This document shows positions 47,165 to 56,127 of a stretch of 64,000 bases of DNA, piece by piece. Position numbers and translations under genes: made by a program. The DNA is taken from positions 16,853 to 80,852 of the forward strand of contig CAZLED010000002.1 in NCBI GenBank assembly GCA_964558485.1, read 5' to 3'. The DNA is from an uncultured Ruminococcus sp. Its GTDB lineage: Bacteria; Bacillota; Clostridia; Oscillospirales; CAG-272. The notes under the pieces were generated by a model. It was not told the DNA's origin. It saw nothing but the letters and a program-made list of their open reading frames with translations, and made no database searches. Numbering within the stretch: the first letter of the stretch is position 1; each line of letters opens with the position of its first letter.

Positions 47165-47440
47165 ATGTACGAGGACAAGACCCTGAAGTGCAAGGAATGC
47201 GGCAATGATTTCGTTTTCACAGCCGGTGAACAGGAATTCTACGCAGAAAAGGGATTCCAGAACGAACCCCAGAGATGCAAGGCATGCCGTGACAAGAGAA
47301 AGAACGTAAACAAGGAACAGAGAGAAATGTTCACCACCGTTTGCGCAAACTGCGGCAAGGAAGCTAAGGTTCCGTTCCAGCCCAGCAACGACAGACCCGT
47401 ATATTGCAGCGAATGCTTCGCCGCTATGAAGCAGCAGTAA
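47165..47440 (+). CDS. Zinc-ribbon protein with duplicated CxxC-x17-CxxC motif
   Basis: Start moved to MYEDKTLKC (ATG 47165, GAGGAAAAAAAG upstream). Motifs CKECGNDFVFTAGEQEFYAEKGFQNEPQRCKAC and CANCGKEAKVPFQPSNDRPVYCSEC. Confidence 0.75.
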   Translation: MYEDKTLKCKECGNDFVFTAGEQEFYAEKGFQNEPQRCKACRDKRKNVNKEQREMFTTVCANCGKEAKVPFQPSNDRPVYCSECFAAMKQQ

Positions 47441-47611
47441 TCGGTCTTGTGGTATAGATCATCACGATCCTGTATCCCAAAAAAGGTGCGGTACTCCGGT
47501 ATCGTATCTTTTTTTTGTGAAAAAATGACTTTCGAGCCGGTTTTGTTGGAATTACCACTGTACAAAATGGAATTTGTGTGGTATAATAACCTTGTATAAC
47601 CTTGTGAACCG

Positions 47612-48547
47612 ATGGAGAGAGTGACCCGTTTCATGGAAAAAAACGATTTTAACAAAAATAAAAAACAAAGCAGTGACCGGAAACGGTACGACAACAGACC
47701 CGGCTATGGGGCAGATCGTGGATCCGGTTCAGGTTCCAGCTATGGCGGCGGCAAACAGAACCGTGCGCCCAGACGAGTGGACTACGACCGGGACGAGGAC
47801 ATCGGCTTTGATCCGGAGACCACGGGGCTGGTGCTGGGGCGTAATGCGGTGCGAGAGCTGCTGCGTGCCGGCCGACCCATCGATAAGCTGTACGTGGCAG
47901 GCAGAGAAGGCTCGATCGTGGCACTGGTGGCAGAAGCGAAAAAGGCCGGTGTGCCGGTGGTGGATGCGGATGTGCAAAAGCTGGACAAGCTGGCCGGTGG
48001 TGAGAACCATCAGGGGATCATAGCCCAGACCGCAGCCAAGGAATACAGCACCATCGAAGAGATCCTTGCCATTGCCGCCGCACGTGGGGAGCTGCCGCTG
48101 ATCGTGGTCTGTGACGGTGTAGAGGATCCCCACAATCTGGGTGCCATCATCCGGACGGCCGAATGCTGCGGTGCCCACGGCGTGATCATTCCCAAGCGTC
48201 GTGCCTGCGGACTGACGGCAGCGGTGTCCAGAGCCTCTGCAGGGGCCGTGGAGCATATGGCAGTGGCACGTGTACAGAACATTGCCTCCGCCGTAGAGGA
48301 GCTGAAGGAAGCCGGTGTGTGGACCTTTGCCGCAGAAGCCGGTGGTGCCGATTTCTACGATACCGATTTTCATTTGCCCTGTGCACTGGTGGTGGGCAGT
48401 GAAGGCAACGGCGTCAGCCACCTGGTGAAGGAACGGTGCGACTTCCTCGTATCCATTCCCATGTACGGACAGGTGAATTCTCTGAACGTCTCCGCCGCCA
48501 CAGCGATCCTGCTGGCCCATGCAGCCAGACGACAGAGACAGGGATAA
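47612..48547 (+). CDS. rlmB: 23S rRNA (guanosine-2'-O)-methyltransferase, SpoU/TrmH class, with a basic Gly/Ser/Arg-rich N-terminal extension
   Basis: GRNAVRELLRAGRPIDKLYV (substrate-binding domain), then the SpoU motifs DGVEDPHNLGAIIRTA, LVVGSEGNGVS and IPMYGQVNSLNVS. Start uncertain. Confidence 0.85.
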   Translation: MERVTRFMEKNDFNKNKKQSSDRKRYDNRPGYGADRGSGSGSSYGGGKQNRAPRRVDYDRDEDIGFDPETTGLVLGRNAVRELLRAGRPIDKLYVAGREGSIVALVAEAKKAGVPVVDADVQKLDKLAGGENHQGIIAQTAAKEYSTIEEILAIAAARGELPLIVVCDGVEDPHNLGAIIRTAECCGAHGVIIPKRRACGLTAAVSRASAGAVEHMAVARVQNIASAVEELKEAGVWTFAAEAGGADFYDTDFHLPCALVVGSEGNGVSHLVKERCDFLVSIPMYGQVNSLNVSAATAILLAHAARRQRQG

Positions 48548-48682
48548 GGCCAGAGGAGCATAAGGTAACGCTGGTGAACATAAGAGGTGCCGGGCTCTTG
48601 GGGAGACGATTTTCCAAAGGGTCGGACACCGGTAAGGCATAAGAAAGGAAAATCCTGCAGCGATACAGGATGGAATTGGATT

Positions 48683-51619
48683 ATGGCAAAAGACAAAAAG
48701 CAAGACCGATACGCCGCAGAGGACAAAGCCTCCCGTACGGCGGATATCGATGTGAGCGCCGATGCCCAGGGAACGTCGGACAGCGAGCTGGATATCCAGG
48801 CGCTCTTGCGTAAGTATATGCCCGATTACGATCGGGAACCAGGCAACGACATAGAGCCCGATAAGGAGCCTGTGCCACGGGCCAAAAAGGATGTACCTGC
48901 GCAGAAGGCGTACACGGATGGGTCGGAGACAGACGCATCCGGCACAGAGGACCCGCTGGACGGCTTTGCTGGACTGGATGCCGCATTCACACCGGAGGAT
49001 GGCGGTGAGTTCGATTTCACGGACAACATCCCGTCCCGGCCAGCGGAGGATGACGGCGGTCTGGAGGATGACGAGGGCATTTACGAGGACGACGACAAAC
49101 CGGCAAAGCCCACCAAAAAGGGTGAGAAGAAGGGACTTTTCGCCTTCCTCAGTGGCCGCAAAAAGACGGTGTCCACAGACACGGTGGCTGCTGACACGGT
49201 GGCTGCGGATGACGAGGATATGCCACTGCCAAGCGAGCCGGAGCCGGTGGAGGACGATGCCTTTGCCGGACTGGCTGATATGCTGGCCACCGACACCACC
49301 GAGGCTGTCACCGATGCAGACGATACGCTGCCCGACGACACGCTGGACGACTCCTTTGGCGACAAGCTCATGGACAGCATGGGTCTGGAGGAAGCAGAGG
49401 ACGATCCCCTGGAGACCTTCGCAGGCCTGCAGACAGATGCGGACGCAGACGACAACGTCTCGGCGCTGGATCTGTTTGCGGCAGAGCTGATGGGCGACAC
49501 AGAGCCGGAGAACGCCTCTGAGACGGTCTCGGTGCCACAGCAGAAGCCGCAGAAGTCGGATCATCTCACCGACGAGGAAATGCTGCGGATGGCTGAGGAA
49601 ATGCTGCGCAGCAGTCAGCCGGCACCGGAGGAAGCACCCCAGCCGGAGCCGGTGGCAGAAGAATCGGTTGCCGATGAACCGGAGGACGAGGACTTCGATC
49701 CCACGGACATCAACCTGATGGTGGCGTTCGGGCTGGAGGACGGCGAAGACAGCAAGAAGTCCGTCAACAAAAAAACGGACAACGCCGCTTGGCAGGATGC
49801 ACAGCAGAACGCCCACAAGCTGGGTGACAAGCTGGAGCACGAAAAGGTCACAAGAGAAGGCAAGAAGGTCAAGCTGGATCGACCGGAGTACGTGGACCGT
49901 TCCCAGAACAAGACCATCGAGCACGGCTACCGCACCAAGCTGGCTGGACTCTGGATCAAGCTGGGACTGTGTGCCATCTTCACGGTGCTGCTGCTGATCT
50001 TTGAAAATATCGAGGTGTTGGCAAAGCTGTTCACCGGCACGGCCAAGCAGTTCGGCGGCGTGTTCGACCCGGCGGTGTACCCGGTGGTCTATGCCATGGT
50101 ATCCCTGCAGCTGATGCTGCTGGCCTGCCTGTGCGCCTATGAGCAGATCGGCAAGGGCTTTACATATCTCTTCCGTGGCGTGCCAAGACCGGAGAGCATG
50201 ACCGCACTGATGCTGGTGGCAGGCGTGCTCTACACCATCGTCATTGCCCGTGTCACCGTACAATCCGAGGAACCGGTGATGTTCAACTTCGTGGTGGCAT
50301 TGGCGGCGCTGCTGACCCTGATCGGCGACATCTTCATTACCCGTCGGGAGTTCATGAACTTCCATGTGATCTCCTCCGACAAGCAGAAGTACATCGTCTG
50401 CCGGGTGTCCGATGAAGGCTCCCGTGGGGAAGCTACGGCCTTCTCCGAGGAAGACGACGTGTGCGACGTGATGCGCATCGAAAAGACCGACTTCATCGAC
50501 GGCTTCTACAACCGTCTGTATACACCGGATGGCACCACCAATGTGTTCATGAGCTGTGCCATGGGCGTGATGGTGGCGGTGGCTGTGCTGTTCGGCATCC
50601 TTGCCAGCGTCCGTGGTGGTTCGACCGTAGAGGTGGCCCGTGTGGTCTGCGTGACCATGATGACGGTGGCACCGCTGTCGGTGTTCCTGTCCCTGACCTA
50701 TCCCTTCTACCGGGCCAATACGGCGGCGGCTGCATACGACAGTGCCATCATCGGCGAAGTATCGCTTGCGGAATATTCCAATGCGTCCGTTGTGACCTTT
50801 GACGACAAGAACGTGTTCCCCTCCTACAGCGTGAAGGTGCAGAATATCCGCATCTTCAACAATGCCCGTATCGACCGGGTGCTGTACTATGCGGCCAGCG
50901 TGTTTGCCAAGGCAGGTGGTCCCCTGCAGGATGTGTTCGAGATCGCCACGCTGGAAGTGGGTCACTCGGACAACGTGCAGATCTTTGGCACCGAAACGGG
51001 GATCTTGGCCGCTGAGGTGGATGGCGTGAACATCATCTTTGGTACCGGCGCAGCGCTGACGAAGAAGGGACTGAAGATCCGGCGGCAGGAGATGGAGGAC
51101 GATATGGATCTCTCCGATGAGCTCTCCATCATGTATATGTTCCGGGAAGACAAGCTGGTGGCGAAGATGTACATCCAATACGTGATGGACAGCGACATCG
51201 AGCTGATTCTGAGCCAGTTCCAGAACAGCGGCCTGTACGGCTGTGTCCGCACCTTTGACCCCAATATCGATGAGAGAATGATCGCACGGAAGGTCAAGAT
51301 GAAGCGGATGCCACTGAAGGTGATCCGGTACAACGAGCCCGAAGAAGTGACGGCGTATACAGAGAAGATGAACAGCGGTCTGGTGACCAGCGGTTCCCCC
51401 AAGTCGCTCTTGCAGATCATTTCCTATTGCGACAAGGTACTGCATACCCGGAAGACCAATATGGCACTGGCGATTTTAGCGATCCTGGTTGGTGCGGCGA
51501 TCATGCTGCTGTTGGTGCTGTCCGGCTCCATTGGCATCATGAACTCCCTGTACGTGATGCTCTACCAGCTCCTGTGGCTCATCCCCATGCTGTTTTCATC
51601 CCGCATGTTTATCCGGTGA
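48683..51619 (+). CDS. Membrane protein related to P1B-type ATPases with degenerate catalytic motifs, plus a ~400-aa acidic disordered N-terminus
   Basis: From ORF 48587..51619. ATG 48683 (MAKDKKQ) preferred, though its SD is weak. The C-terminal ~600 aa aligns by eye with heavy-metal ATPases, but VVTFDDKNVFP replaces DKTGT, TVAPLSV replaces CPC, TFDPN replaces TGDN and TSGSPKS replaces GDGxND. Confidence 0.65.
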   Translation: MAKDKKQDRYAAEDKASRTADIDVSADAQGTSDSELDIQALLRKYMPDYDREPGNDIEPDKEPVPRAKKDVPAQKAYTDGSETDASGTEDPLDGFAGLDAAFTPEDGGEFDFTDNIPSRPAEDDGGLEDDEGIYEDDDKPAKPTKKGEKKGLFAFLSGRKKTVSTDTVAADTVAADDEDMPLPSEPEPVEDDAFAGLADMLATDTTEAVTDADDTLPDDTLDDSFGDKLMDSMGLEEAEDDPLETFAGLQTDADADDNVSALDLFAAELMGDTEPENASETVSVPQQKPQKSDHLTDEEMLRMAEEMLRSSQPAPEEAPQPEPVAEESVADEPEDEDFDPTDINLMVAFGLEDGEDSKKSVNKKTDNAAWQDAQQNAHKLGDKLEHEKVTREGKKVKLDRPEYVDRSQNKTIEHGYRTKLAGLWIKLGLCAIFTVLLLIFENIEVLAKLFTGTAKQFGGVFDPAVYPVVYAMVSLQLMLLACLCAYEQIGKGFTYLFRGVPRPESMTALMLVAGVLYTIVIARVTVQSEEPVMFNFVVALAALLTLIGDIFITRREFMNFHVISSDKQKYIVCRVSDEGSRGEATAFSEEDDVCDVMRIEKTDFIDGFYNRLYTPDGTTNVFMSCAMGVMVAVAVLFGILASVRGGSTVEVARVVCVTMMTVAPLSVFLSLTYPFYRANTAAAAYDSAIIGEVSLAEYSNASVVTFDDKNVFPSYSVKVQNIRIFNNARIDRVLYYAASVFAKAGGPLQDVFEIATLEVGHSDNVQIFGTETGILAAEVDGVNIIFGTGAALTKKGLKIRRQEMEDDMDLSDELSIMYMFREDKLVAKMYIQYVMDSDIELILSQFQNSGLYGCVRTFDPNIDERMIARKVKMKRMPLKVIRYNEPEEVTAYTEKMNSGLVTSGSPKSLLQIISYCDKVLHTRKTNMALAILAILVGAAIMLLLVLSGSIGIMNSLYVMLYQLLWLIPMLFSSRMFIR

Positions 51620-51799
51620 CGGGTAAACATGCGATGTTCCATACGGTGACATAGCACCACATGACCAAAACATAACAAACGATAGGGAAAGGAGAGGTGG
51701 CACAATGCTTCTCCTTTTTCCTCTGCGTATTCCCCATATTCTGTAGGGAACGGTCTTGACCGTTCCAACAATGTGTATCATAAGAAAGTGAACAGAACC

Positions 51800-54421
51800 A
51801 TGAGAGACGATATCAAAAGCTTTATAACCACCGTTGCCAAGCCGGGGCGATATTCCGGCGGTGAGACCGGCAGCGTGTTCAAGGATTTAGACAAGGTCAA
51901 GATGCGTGTGGCGTTTTGCTTCCCGGACGTGTACGAGATCGGTATGTCCAACCTGGGGATGCGGATCCTGACCGGATGCTTCAATGCCCTGGACGAGGTT
52001 TGGTGTGAGAGAGTATATGCGCCCTGGGTGGATATGGCGGCGGAGATGGAAAAGCGGCACATTCCGCTGTTCACCCACGAAAGCGGCGACCCGGTCTGTG
52101 ACTTTGACGTAGTGGCCTTCACCCTGCAGTACGAGCTGTGCTACACCACCATGCTGAAAATGCTGTCTTTGGCCGGTATCCCCATGCGCCGGGAGGACCG
52201 TGGAGAAGACGGTCCGGTGATCCTGGCCGGTGGTCCCTGCTCCTACAACCCGGAACCGGTGGCAGACTTTGTGGACATTTTCTCCATCGGGGAAGGCGAA
52301 GAGGCGCTGCAGGAGCTGGCACGGCTGTATATGCGCATGAAGGACGAGGGCACCTACACCAAGTCTGCGTTCCTGTATGCGGCGGCTACGGAGCTGAAGG
52401 GCTTCTACGTGCCGTCCCTGTACGACATTGCCTACCACGACGACGGTACCATCGCTGCCATCACGCCCAAGGATGACAAGGTGCCGGAAAAGGTGGTCAA
52501 GCGGGTCATTGGGGATCTGGACAAGTGCTACATTCCCACGGAAACGGTGATCCCCTACATCGAGACGGTGCAGGACAGAGTGACCATCGAGATCATGCGT
52601 GGCTGCGTCCGGGGCTGTCGGTTCTGCCAGGCCGGCTTTGTGACCAGACCTGTCCGGGAACGTTCGCCGGAGCTGCTGAACGAAGCCTGCCACACCATGA
52701 TCCAGAATTCCGGTTACAGCGAGATCTCCATGTGTACCCTGTCCGTCAGCGACTACTCCAAGATCCGGGAGCTGACCGACCAGCTTCTCTCCTGGACAGA
52801 CGACGAAAAGGTCAGCCTGTCTTTGCCGTCCATGCGTGCCGACAGCTTCACCAAGGAGCTGATGGAGAAGATCTCCTCTGTCCGTTCCTCTACCCTGACC
52901 TTTGCACCGGAAGCCGGTTCCCAGCGTCTCCGGGACGTGATCAACAAAAACATCACCGAGGAAGCGATCCTCCGTGCGGCCGGTGTGGCATATGCTGCCG
53001 GAAAGAACCAGGTGAAGCTGTACTTCATGAACGGTCTGCCCTACGAGACCTACGAGGACCTGACCGGTATTGCGGAATTGTCCAAGCACGTGGTGGACGA
53101 ATACTATCGCACACCCAACCGGAATAAGGCAAGACAGCCCCAGGTCACCCTGAGCGTTGCCTGCTTTATCCCCAAGCCCCACACGCCCTTCCAGTGGGAA
53201 AGACAGAACACCTTTGCCGAGCTGGAAGACAAGCAGCACTTCCTGTCCGAGCAGATCACCGACCGGAAGGTGCGCTACAACTACCACGATGCCAAGGTGT
53301 CCCACATCGAAGCGGTGTTTGCCCGTGGGGACAGACGGGTGGGCAAGGCGATCCAGACGGCCGTGGAACGTGGGATGTGGCTGGACGCATGGGAAGAACA
53401 GTTCCAGTTCGATAGCTGGATGCAGGTGTTTGCCGACTGCGGTATCGACCCGGCCTTCTATGCCAACCGCACCATTCCGGACGAAGAGATCCTGCCCTGG
53501 GATATGATCGACTGCGGTGTCACCAAGGCCTTCCTGCTGTCCGAACGGCATAAGGCTGCTCAGGCTGCCACCACTCCGTCCTGTCGGGAAAAATGCTCCG
53601 GCTGTGGCGTGAACAAGCTGGTGGACAAGCAGTACTGCCGCTGGTGCCCCGGTCATCCGGATTCCTCCGACAGTGCCGGAGACATCGCCGGAGACTACAA
53701 GCCCAAGGAAAAGCCGGAAGCACCGGTGAAGGGCAGCATCAAACCGGCCCGTACCCTGCGGATCCGCTTTGCCAAAACGGGTCCGGCGCTGTACATCTCC
53801 CACCTGGACCTGTCCAAGGTCATGAGCCGGTGTATCGTTGCCTCCGGTCTGCCGGTGTATTACACGGAGGGCTTCAATCCCATCCCGAAGTTGGTGTTCG
53901 CAACACCTTTGTCCCTGGGCTGCGGTGGTGACGAAGAGGTGCTGGACATCCGGCTCCTGAAGGACGTATCCAATGCGGAGGCCATGGAGAAGCTTCGTGG
54001 TGCTATGGCAGAGGGGATCGTGGTGAAGGAAGTGTACACCGCAAAGGACAAGATCTCCGACATCCAGTATGCCCACAACCGGATCACCTACGGTGGTTTC
54101 GAGCCGGCAGACTATATGGTGGACGCCATAAACGATCTGTTTAAGAAGCCGGTGGTCATGCTGAAAAAGTCCAAGAGCGGCGAAAAGGAAGTGGACATCT
54201 GCACCTTCATCCGTTCCATCGAAGCGAAGATCGAGGACGTGGACGGCAAGAAGACCTTAGTGATCGATGCCATCACCTCCGCCAGCCAGGACAGCTACCT
54301 GAATCCGGAATACATTGCCACAGCCATCGAACGGGAATTTGCCCTGTCCGGTGAAGACGGCTACCACACCATCTGCCGGAAGCATTTGTATTTGGCAGAC
54401 GGCGAAACGCTGTTCCACTGA
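51800..54421 (+). CDS. B12-binding-domain radical SAM protein (TIGR03960-type) fused to a DUF2344 (TIGR03936-type) domain
   Basis: N-terminal VAKPGRYSGGE. Radical SAM cluster motif MRGCVRGCRFCQAG. C-terminal ~230 aa (LRIRFAKTGPALYISHLDL...) matches the DUF2344 pattern. Start is 51773 or 51800. Confidence 0.85.
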   Translation: MRDDIKSFITTVAKPGRYSGGETGSVFKDLDKVKMRVAFCFPDVYEIGMSNLGMRILTGCFNALDEVWCERVYAPWVDMAAEMEKRHIPLFTHESGDPVCDFDVVAFTLQYELCYTTMLKMLSLAGIPMRREDRGEDGPVILAGGPCSYNPEPVADFVDIFSIGEGEEALQELARLYMRMKDEGTYTKSAFLYAAATELKGFYVPSLYDIAYHDDGTIAAITPKDDKVPEKVVKRVIGDLDKCYIPTETVIPYIETVQDRVTIEIMRGCVRGCRFCQAGFVTRPVRERSPELLNEACHTMIQNSGYSEISMCTLSVSDYSKIRELTDQLLSWTDDEKVSLSLPSMRADSFTKELMEKISSVRSSTLTFAPEAGSQRLRDVINKNITEEAILRAAGVAYAAGKNQVKLYFMNGLPYETYEDLTGIAELSKHVVDEYYRTPNRNKARQPQVTLSVACFIPKPHTPFQWERQNTFAELEDKQHFLSEQITDRKVRYNYHDAKVSHIEAVFARGDRRVGKAIQTAVERGMWLDAWEEQFQFDSWMQVFADCGIDPAFYANRTIPDEEILPWDMIDCGVTKAFLLSERHKAAQAATTPSCREKCSGCGVNKLVDKQYCRWCPGHPDSSDSAGDIAGDYKPKEKPEAPVKGSIKPARTLRIRFAKTGPALYISHLDLSKVMSRCIVASGLPVYYTEGFNPIPKLVFATPLSLGCGGDEEVLDIRLLKDVSNAEAMEKLRGAMAEGIVVKEVYTAKDKISDIQYAHNRITYGGFEPADYMVDAINDLFKKPVVMLKKSKSGEKEVDICTFIRSIEAKIEDVDGKKTLVIDAITSASQDSYLNPEYIATAIEREFALSGEDGYHTICRKHLYLADGETLFH

Positions 54422-54574
54422 GCGAATATATCGATAATGCATCGCCAAACGAAGGATACGCCAAACGAAGAAATTGCCAAGCGAGTATATCGATAAACGA
54501 ATACATCGCCGATCGCAAAACCCATGTATATTTTCCTCCATGTCGGACATACTGCCGGTGTGGGGGAATTTTTT

Positions 54575-55243
54575 ATGCTGACGGTTTTTTTGCGAACGAT
54601 CCTGATCTATATATTTTTGTTGGTGGTCATGCGTGTCATGGGCAAACGGCAGGTGGGAGAGCTGCAGCTGCAGGAGCTGATCGTGACCTTTATGCTGTCG
54701 GAGCTGGCGGTCAGTCCCATCGCTACGCCCACAACGCCGCTGCTGTACGCCATCATTCCCATCTTGACGCTTCTTTCCATCGAGCTGATCCTGTCCTTCT
54801 GGATGACCCGTTCCAACCGGATGAAGCGGCTATTGTCCGGCAAACCGGCTTTGGTGATCTGCAAGGGCAAGCTGGACCAGAAGATCATGGCAGACAACCG
54901 GCTGGAGATCGAGGAGCTGCTGGCAGAGCTGCGGCAAAACGGCATAGCGTCGCCCACAGAGGTACAGTATGCGGTGCTGGAGGAAAATGGCAAGCTGTCG
55001 GTGTTCCCCAAGGCCGGTTATGGTGCCGCTACCTGGCAGGAGCTCCAGAACGGCGCCACAGAGACCGGGATCGCCCATGCGGTGGTGGTGGACGGTGAGG
55101 TGCGTTCGGAAGCGCTGACCTTGGCTGGCCGGGACGAAAAGTGGCTCACGGCGTATCTGCGGCGAAAGAAGCTGACCTTGTCCCAGGTGTTTCTCATGAC
55201 CGTAGATGACAGCGGAGACGTGTATCTGGTGGCAAAGGATTGA
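54575..55243 (+). CDS. DUF421 (YetF-like) membrane protein
   Basis: Start moved to MLTVFLRT (ATG 54575). LLVVMRVMGKRQVGELQLQELIVTFMLSE is the family's N-terminal signature. Confidence 0.8.
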   Translation: MLTVFLRTILIYIFLLVVMRVMGKRQVGELQLQELIVTFMLSELAVSPIATPTTPLLYAIIPILTLLSIELILSFWMTRSNRMKRLLSGKPALVICKGKLDQKIMADNRLEIEELLAELRQNGIASPTEVQYAVLEENGKLSVFPKAGYGAATWQELQNGATETGIAHAVVVDGEVRSEALTLAGRDEKWLTAYLRRKKLTLSQVFLMTVDDSGDVYLVAKD

Positions 55244-55270
55244 TCCTATAGAAAAAAGGAGTGGGAACCT

Positions 55271-55648
55271 ATGCGTGTGTTTGTACTGGCACTGGTGGTA
55301 TTTGTGGCAACGGCAGGCTGTATCGGCTGGGGAAGCTGGTATGTCCAAGGACTGTGCGACCGGCTGACGGAGGTGCTTTCGCAAATGACAGCGCTGGCAC
55401 CGGGAGACATCGATGGCTACACACAGATATACAGATCCTACGAGAAGCTTTGGCAAAGTGGCAGATTCTGGCTCCATCTGCTGGACGGACACCAGGGCGC
55501 CGATAGTATCGAGGATCTGTTCACGGAGCTGGGTCTGCGGTATCTGGCCGGGGACGAGCTGGGTGTGGCGGTGGTGCAGGAGAAGCTGGCATTGCAGATC
55601 GATAAGCTGCGGGAAGGGGAGCGGATCACGGTGGATGATATTTTCTAA
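55271..55648 (+). CDS. DUF4363 family protein
   Basis: SD AAGGAG. 125 aa with an N-terminal anchor helix and the W....W......H.G.D.IE pattern. Forms the usual pairing with DUF421 in Clostridia. Confidence 0.6.
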   Translation: MRVFVLALVVFVATAGCIGWGSWYVQGLCDRLTEVLSQMTALAPGDIDGYTQIYRSYEKLWQSGRFWLHLLDGHQGADSIEDLFTELGLRYLAGDELGVAVVQEKLALQIDKLREGERITVDDIF

Positions 55649-55705
55649 GGCATCTGCCGCACAAAAATCTGCAAAAATTTCCCCAAAAAAATTTCCCGAA
55701 ACCCA

Positions 55706-55734
55706 TTGACAAATCTGCGATAATCCTGTACAAT
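55706..55734 (+). promoter_or_regulatory. Sigma-70-type promoter of the T-box leader
   Basis: TTGACA (55706-55711), 17-nt spacer, TACAAT (55729-55734). Confidence 0.65.
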
Positions 55735-55740
55735 ATCGGG

Positions 55741-56068
55741 TAGAGGCCATGCGGGAGAGGGTTTGCTTGGCATCGTTCCATGAGAATGTCCATCGGTGGT
55801 ATTCTCCAGAGAAGTGGCGGTCGGTGTGAGCCACAGGGAACGGAGAGCAAAGGTGTAGCTCCCAAGCCGAAGGGAAGAACGTTGGTATGTGTCCGATCAG
55901 TAGAACCCTTCCGTGATTGCTGCGTCAAGGCATACGGCTTGTTTGAGCCTGAGGGGCGTTTGTGGAAAGCGCAATTTGAGTGGTACCGCGGACTATACAT
56001 AGAATTTGTTTGGTTCGTCTCAAAGAAACTCCGGTTAGGAGGATCTCTTGAGGCGAGCCAATTTTTTG
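55741..56068 (+). promoter_or_regulatory. T-box riboswitch leader (tRNA-sensing transcription attenuator)
   Basis: T-box sequence AATTTGAGTGGTACCGCG (55973-55990) against consensus AAUUAGGGUGGUACCGCG. Stem I distal elements: AGAGA (55808-55812) and loop GGTCGGTGTGA (55819-55829) closed by GTGGC/GCCAC. The antiterminator can be drawn with a 7-nt bulge TGGTACC. The competing terminator stem at 56011-56060 is followed by T6 (56062-56067). Confidence 0.85.
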
Positions 56069-56127
56069 CTTGTGAACAATACCATCCTAACCATAGAAAA
56101 CAGAGAGAGCAGAAAGGAACGAGAAGC

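Noticed and set aside
47586-47605. Direct 10-bp duplication ATAACCTTGT x2 just downstream of a TATAAT upstream of rlmB.
   Set aside because: Too short and isolated to interpret. Probably a trivial slippage duplication in a 5' UTR.
47729-51445. Very long minus-strand ORF (1238 aa). Similar long antisense ORFs occur at 1527-3173(+), 3704-5461(+), 24983-27601(-), 51887-54076(-), 34407-36299(-), 43618-45483(-), 60465-62444(-) and 62377-63957(-).
   Set aside because: Each lies antisense to an ORF with clear family motifs. Their translations are low-complexity (rich in G/H/R/V/Q/L) with no recognisable motifs and no SD-preceded start. They are stop-poor shadow frames of the kind expected in about 60% GC DNA.
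51800-54421. Radical SAM (TIGR03960-like) fused to a DUF2344-like domain. Considered as a novel fusion.
   Set aside because: As I recall, these two modules are routinely adjacent or fused in many bacteria. Nothing in the sequence departs from that arrangement.
55869-55875. GAA-GGG-A in the descending strand of T-box stem I looked like a specifier-loop context, which would imply a glycine codon.
   Set aside because: The antiterminator bulge reads UGGU, implying an A73 discriminator, whereas bacterial tRNA-Gly normally has U73 (glyQS-type T-boxes use UGGA). My manual folds also put these bases partly inside a helix (CCATCGG/CCGAAGG). The specifier is left unassigned.
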